64,000 nucleotides of DNA from Eremomyces bilateralis CBS 781.70 (taxonomy: Eukaryota): assembly GCA_010015585.1 (NCBI GenBank), contig ML975167.1, one strand, 5' to 3'. This document shows, piece by piece, positions 57,946-64,000 of this stretch. Under the pieces are notes generated by a model. That model was given only the letters and a program-made list of their open reading frames with translations. It was not told where the DNA came from and ran no database searches. How positions within the stretch are numbered: the stretch's first letter is position 1; each line of letters starts with the position of its first letter. Position numbers and translations under genes: made by a program.

Positions 57946-58452
57946 ATGGACTCTGACGACGCAAGTTCAGGAGATTTTGATATAGACGAAGACTATGTAT
58001 CTGGACGGAGGAACGAAAGACATGAAGACCAGATTCGATCAAGACTTGCAAAGAACCTTGAGTGCTGCCAAGGTAATGTGTATTGCTATCGTTTACGTGA
58101 GAAACGCTCAGCTCTGGTAGTACTGTGTCTCTCCCTTAATTACCAAGTAAGGTCTTGTTGAATTTCTGGCTAAGAGACTCGGAGTGGAAGTACGGACACG
58201 TACGTAGAGGGCTAGAGGCAAGCTATTGGAATGTCTTCATTGGTTAATCATGTCATGTCTGGCCTTAGTCAGCGCACCCAATGGGAAGTGACCGCGGTGA
58301 GTAGTTAATCCGGATCTGAAACTTACCATCAGCCTCTCTGCCGCCGCAACACCGCTACGCCGCTCTAACCATTCACTCCACACAACGATACATGAAGAAT
58401 GTGACAGTGTCAATACTTGCAGGCAAGCATCTTGCATGCCTAGTCGGTCATA

Positions 58453-59737
58453 ATGGCGCACCCACTTCGCCGGCACCGTTCATCCCTGGAAGGAGTTATC
58501 GTTCCTTTGTCGCAACCTTTGAAGCCTGAGGACCGTGACCTTGCGATTCCAATTTTCGACAAGATTATTCTGCACTTTGAGCCTTCTCAGGCAACGGACA
58601 GCAGCTACAAACCAGTCACTCTTATCAGACTCATGAAAAACGAGATTTCTGAAAAAGACGAATTCTTGAGCTTCTTTTTATCTTTTATCCAGCAAGACCT
58701 GCTTGGGGAAAGTGATAGAAGAACCGGTCTTGATCGAGTCTTATCACACCTTACTAGCTTTTCTAGCTGGTCAGCTGAAGAGAAAAACGCTTTAAGTGGA
58801 AGTCTTGTTGCATTCGCCAAGTATTTGGTAGACAATTTCTTCTTACCCCGTAAGTATCTAGACTACGCGGGATCTAAAACACTGACAGTTCTTAGTAAGA
58901 GCGTTGGCAGGTAAAACTCCTCAACCTACTCCAGCTCTTTCTCGAACTAAAACGCCCGAAATCGCCATCGGCACCCCTCAACGTGTCTCGAACCTGCGAA
59001 AAGCCTGCCTTATTCGTGACCGCTACCGATGTGTCATTACTCGGAAATTCGACGCCCAAGAAGGCCAGAATCGATATAAAGAGCATGGACGTGATGTGAA
59101 AGACGATGATGGCAACTCACTACTTCCAGAACGTGATACTATGACGTTTTTGGAAGTCGCTCACATAATACCTCACTCTCTCAAGTCACTTACTGGTGAA
59201 GGAGGTGAATGGAGACTTGTAAGTAGGCATATTATGGCCAATCATTCATCCATATCTGACAATATTTAGGCAGATCCAAAGCAAATTGCTCACAGAATCC
59301 TAACAATGTTCAACCCCGGCGCTATCCACCTAATTGATGGCGTTGATATTGACCGACCGATGAACGCGTTGACCCTAACACACGACCTTCATCGGCTATT
59401 CGGTAACTTTGAAATTGCGTTTGAACCGGTTGGTTCCCACCCGCATACATACCGAATTGACTACGTAGATCCAGACCGCATGGGTCGGGTTGAAAGGCTC
59501 CCTGTCACTGTTAGCCTTTTTCTTACACCTGATCAAAGTATAGAACCGCCTTCTCCTTATCTCCTCAGGGTTCATAGTGCTATCGGACGCATCCTTCATC
59601 TTAGCGCCGCCGGTGGTTATATTGATAACTTTCTTCGGGATCTAGAGGAGATGAAGGGTAGTGAAGTGATGCTAAACGGATCCACACGTCTCGATGACTA
59701 TGTTTGGTTTAGGTTTAGGGAGATGTGTGTTTATTAG
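58453..59737 (+). CDS. HNH endonuclease-domain protein (HNH_2 type, second family)
   Basis: Introns 58850-58895 and 59219-59269 join three ORFs in frame. Motifs LRKACLIRDRYRCVITRKFD, LEVAHIIPHSL, IDRPMNALTLTHDLHRLFG and PPSPYLLRVHSAIGRILHLSAAGGYID. Confidence 0.9.
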
Positions 59738-59912
59738 AATAATAATGAATGGAAGATGGTACTAAATGCTCGATTTGTGACTTTTGAGGTGAGCTGCCTA
59801 GCGTGCTCGCACTTTTATCTAATATTCGTGTTGACTTTACGATGATGTAATCTCAATATGAAGGAAAAGATTGTGTAGTCCTAATAAGGCTTAGTCTGGG
59901 AGTAATGGGCAG

Positions 59913-61309
59913 CGATAGGATTGTTCATTGGCATTGAAACCAACAGGGGCATCTTGTGACAAGTTGCCTGGGCCTGTTTCGTGAGTCTGGTATTCCGTAC
60001 GCTCTACGGTACTCCGTACTGGACTGCGATTGTTATGGTTATGGCGGATGCATCAATAGGGGCATCCTGCCTTGATGCCTCAGGCATATATGGTCAGGTG
60101 ACCACCTCATCTGTATCTAAGTTACCTCAGGCTCTCAGGCCCTTCAGTGGGACGCAAAGGCGCTAACCCAAAATGGGTCACCCACACGAAGGGCCTGAGA
60201 CAAATTTGAAATTTTTTGGTGGCGTTGACGTTCGTGGCATGCAAATTGCCCCTCCAAGCTCCGCTGCGAACTCGTCTCGAAATCGACATCAAGTCAAAGT
60301 ACGAAGCCAAACAGCGCGTCCAAGTCGGCAACCAAACATATTCCTAAATCCCCGATCTCATTAGGCGAGGTGGCTAAGTAGTCATGAAGAATCCTGAGAC
60401 CTGAGTAATAGTAGTAGGTTGCAGCATTGATATTGGAGATGCGAGAACTATTTAATAACTAACAGCGAACCTTAAGGACGGAAGAGAGTGAGTTCCTTCT
60501 GCCTATTGATTCGTATATGCTTGCTGAACTGACGTAGAACTCTTGGACAGCCGATCTCTGAATATGGTTTCTAAAGGATCTTCTTCTTCGACTGTAGCAG
60601 AAAATGGCGCATCTGCTCCATCTTCATTGTTACCGCCTCCAACATCGAAGGCAAGGACTCGCGATCAGGGGGGCGCGGTAGTTTGTGTAGCAGAATGGTC
60701 GATAGCTGGGATCCATAGCTCCGAATTCCAAATTTTTGAGATAGAATTGGTCTATATTGCGCGTAGAATCATTCCATGAAGCTGATGATGTTGACCTGAA
60801 TGCTCACCAATTTGCATGCCACGAACGTCAACGCCACCAAAAAATTTCAAATTTGTCTCAGGCCCTTCGTGTGGGTGACCCATTTTGGGTTAGCGCCTTT
60901 GCGTCCCACTGAAGGGCCTGAGAGCCTGAGGTAATATCTAAGCTCTAATACGTCACCTCCATAGTAATCTACATCTTCTCCTAACTATCTGTCTTTGCAA
61001 CAGCGATAAATGGTTAAGGAGCCTGATTGGGCTCGGTCAGCATGGGGAGCGGAGCCCATTTAGGCCAGAGGCCTGTTTGGGACGACGGCTAGATTGACTC
61101 GACCACAAGTTATAACTAGCCTTTTATATATATCTATACGGAATGCCCCGAGAAATGGCTATGCTTTTATTATTTTTCTACTTTTGTCTGGCGGCAAATC
61201 GTAGTATTGCGCAAAGGGAATGGAGCTCGGTTGGTGAGGGGGTCCCAGGGGTTTAACCCTTCAGGAGAACGTACTGAGTATGTTCGCCTAGGTTGATCCC
61301 ATCTGCATC
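59913..61309. repeat. Dispersed direct repeat, copy B (interrupted by ~1 kb including the TIR element)
   Basis: Blocks 59913-59985 and 61012-61309 align by eye with copy A at 57242-57635. Confidence 0.88.
60122..60934. mobile_element. Non-autonomous TIR DNA element (813 bp, 127-bp TIRs, 8-bp TSD)
   Basis: 60122-60248 is the reverse complement of 60808-60934. TATCTAAG is duplicated at 60114-60121 and 60935-60942. No recognisable transposase inside. Confidence 0.95.
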
Positions 61310-63785
61310 GACAAGTCAAGTAGCGCCGAGCTCACGGAGGCTATCAACTCTATGTTTCGCTGGTACCGGGATGCAGCAAAATGCTATGTGTATCTCTGAC
61401 GTTTCAACAGGAAAGCACACCCGGTCTTCAGAGGTCCTATGGGAATCGGCGTTTAGACAGAGTCGATGGTTCACCAGAGGCTGGACACTACAAGAGATTC
61501 TTGCTCCGCGATCGGTCGAGTTTTTCTCCCGAGACGGCAAGCGACTTGGTGATAAAGAGTCGTTAGAACAGCAAATTCATAAGATCACTGGGATTGCAAT
61601 TGACGCACTTCGAGGACATGTGTCTCAATTCAGCGACAATGAGCGAATGTCATGGGCAGAAAAGCGAGAGACCACGAAGGAAGAGGATCAAGCATATTGC
61701 CTCATGGGAATCTTTGACGTCTCCCTACCAGTCACCTATGGCGAGAGGAAAAGAAAAGCACTCGAACGGCTTCGAGAGGCGATCGATAAGCGTTCAGGCA
61801 ATATGCGAGGTAATTCAACCGCCGAATTTTTTAGTTAGCTGGCTAATCTGCGAAGTGGAATGGAACGACAAGGAACTAGAATGTATGCAAGCCCTGCGTA
61901 ATTCAGCTTCCGACTACGAGCAGTTCAAAGACAGGAACGATAGCCGACTTAGAGATACCTGCCGATGGGTTCTCCGTCATGACAATTTCCGAAACTGGAA
62001 AGACAGCAGCTCCTCAAGTCTTCTTTGGATATCTGCGGATCCTGGATGCGGAAAATCTGTTTTCTCAAAATCTCTTGCCGACGACCTCAAACACACGGAC
62101 GGTCACACAACTTGTTACTTCTTCTTCAAAGACGACGACGACGTACAGAAAAGTGCAGTTACAGCGCTTGCGGCACTACTCCACCAGTTCTTTCGGCAGA
62201 AACCAGCACTTATCAAACACGCTATGTTGGATTTCACCGCTAATGGAGATAAACTTTCTCAATCATTTCATATACTCTGGAGTATTCTAATAAAGATAGT
62301 GGCTGATCGGAATGCCGGAGAAGTCTTTTGTGTCTTAGATGCCCTCGACGAATGCGCAGAAGCAGGGCAGTATCAGATTATTAACGCTCTCAGTTCATTC
62401 TACCAGCAAGCAAGCTCTAGAAACAATACATCTCGACTTAAAATATGTATCACTAGTCGTCCTTACCCAGACATCGAACGGCGCTTTACTGATCTTACTT
62501 CTAACTTTCCTACGATTCGGCTACACGGTGAGCAGGAATCAGATGAAATCAGTCGTGAGATCGACCTAGTCATCAAATGGAGAGTATCTCAACTCGGATC
62601 TGAGCTCAAGCTCAATAATTCAGAATAGTCAAATCTCGAAACAGAGCTGTTAAAGATGAACCACCGAACATACCTCTGGTTAACACTCATTTTCGATATC
62701 ATTCGCAAAATGATTCGACCGACAAGTCGGAAACTGAAGGCAGTTATTAGTGACCTTCCGTCTACAGTTAATGAAGCATACGAAGCGATTCTTGCAAAAA
62801 TCGAGGATGATCGACCACAAGCACGGAAATTGTTCTCCATCGTTGTTGGAGCAACCAGGCCTCTTACGCTGAGGGAAATGAACATCGCTCTAGCTATAGA
62901 AGACCGTCATCGCTCCTATAACGACCTTGAACCTGATCTTGACTATGAAGAGAGGTTTAAAGCGTCGGTGAGACACCTCTGCGGGCTCTTTGTGACTGTT
63001 GTGGATCAAAAGGTCTATCTGATCCATCAGACTGCAAAAGAATTCCTTCTCGCGAAAAGTGAGGCCGCTACTATTGGATGGAAACATTCTCGTGTTCCAA
63101 CGGATTCTGAGACCCTTATGGCCAGAGCATGCCTTATATATCTTTCATTCACTAAATTTGATGGAGCGACAGATCAGATCTCTGCAGCAGTCAAACACGG
63201 CTACTTAGATTATGCGGCAGGTTTTTGGGCTGCCCACTGTCGAAAAGTGCAGCATAGTGCAGCCGAGCAAATGTCGGACTTGGTTTTCCGAGTCTGCGCT
63301 ACACGATCCCAGCGGTTCAAGACTTGGTTCGATGTGTACTGGCGGATGGCTCACCAGTGGCAGTCCAATCACAGTTCACAAGCATTTTGATGGTAGAGTC
63401 ATATTTTGGGCACGAGGGTATCGTCAAGCTACTGCTCGAGGCCAAGGCCGACGCCGACTCGAAGGATGAGTACTACGGCGGGGCGCCGCTATGGTGGGCG
63501 GCCGAGAACGGGCATGAGGGTATCGTCAAGCTGCTGCTTGAGGCCAAGGCCGACGTCGACCCGAAGGATAACGACGGTCTGACGCCGCTGTCGGGGCCGG
63601 CAGCAAACGGTCACGAAGGTATCGTCAAGCTGCTGCTCGAGGCCATGGCCGATGTCGACTCGAAGGATAGCGACGATGTGACGCCGCTGTCGGGGGCGGC
63701 CGCAAACGGGCACGAGGGTGTCGTGAAGCTGCTGGAGTCCTTCAGCGGTATATCATTTGCAGCCTCCTCCCCACCCACTACCTAA
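61304..63785 (+). pseudogene. HET-NACHT-ankyrin NLR, 5'-truncated and disrupted
   Basis: HET domain from CIDKSSSAELTEAINSMFRWY...SRWFTRGWTLQE. NACHT WISADPGCGKS / VLDALDEC, then LIHQTAKEFL and 3-4 ankyrin repeats. Frameshifts near 61397 and ~63370; in-frame TAG at 62626-62628. Confidence 0.92.
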
Positions 63786-64000
63786 AGTCATCCACGCTCT
63801 ATATATCCTGTATAATATTGACAAGAACTGCTATTGCTTTGAAATCAATATGCTGTAACTTCCATGCTGCTCTCGAATTGGTAATAATCGTTGGTTTGAT
63901 GTACCACGTGGTGTACCCAATTGACAGCCAAATGCCTTTCGTTGCCACCATATACTTTGCATTTTAACAACGTTCTTTTGAGATCAGCATTAGCTCAATC

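Noticed and set aside
60249..60807. Transposase or captured gene inside the TIR element
   Set aside because: Only short, stop-interrupted frames with no recognisable motif.
1..64000. tRNA/rRNA genes and a Starship captain (DUF3435)
   Set aside because: None recognised by eye; tRNAscan-SE and an HMM search would be needed to exclude them.

Overview
Eukaryotic DNA from a filamentous ascomycete (short GT-AG introns with CTAAC/CTGAC-type branch sites, compact genes). The window has two parts. (1) About 5-37 kb is a gene-dense core block: SH3-RasGEF, CHY/RING E3 ligase, DHCR24-like FAD oxidoreductase, RPL31, AFG1-family ATPase, a sedlin-family TRAPP subunit, complex I PSST subunit, RPS23, a secreted Cys/Pro repeat protein, SCY1/CEX1-like pseudokinase, Hv1 proton channel, PABPN1/Pab2, UBC9, PEX19 and three hypotheticals. 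(2) About 37.5-64 kb is an accessory, transposon-rich block: two pogo/Fot1 transposons, a 5'-truncated LINE with a 15-bp TSD, a LINE RT remnant, a long-TIR non-autonomous element with an 8-bp TSD, and a Zn2Cys6-TF/methyltransferase pair. It also carries a cluster of cell-death/immunity-type genes. The top candidate is an intact head-to-head pair: a CHAT (caspase-like) protease-STAND NTPase-helical repeat NLR (47162-52192, -) and a gasdermin-like ORF (52574-53539, +). Next to it are two divergent HNH endonuclease genes, a TPR remnant and a HET-NACHT-ankyrin NLR pseudogene. All calls come from motif recognition by eye; no searches were run.
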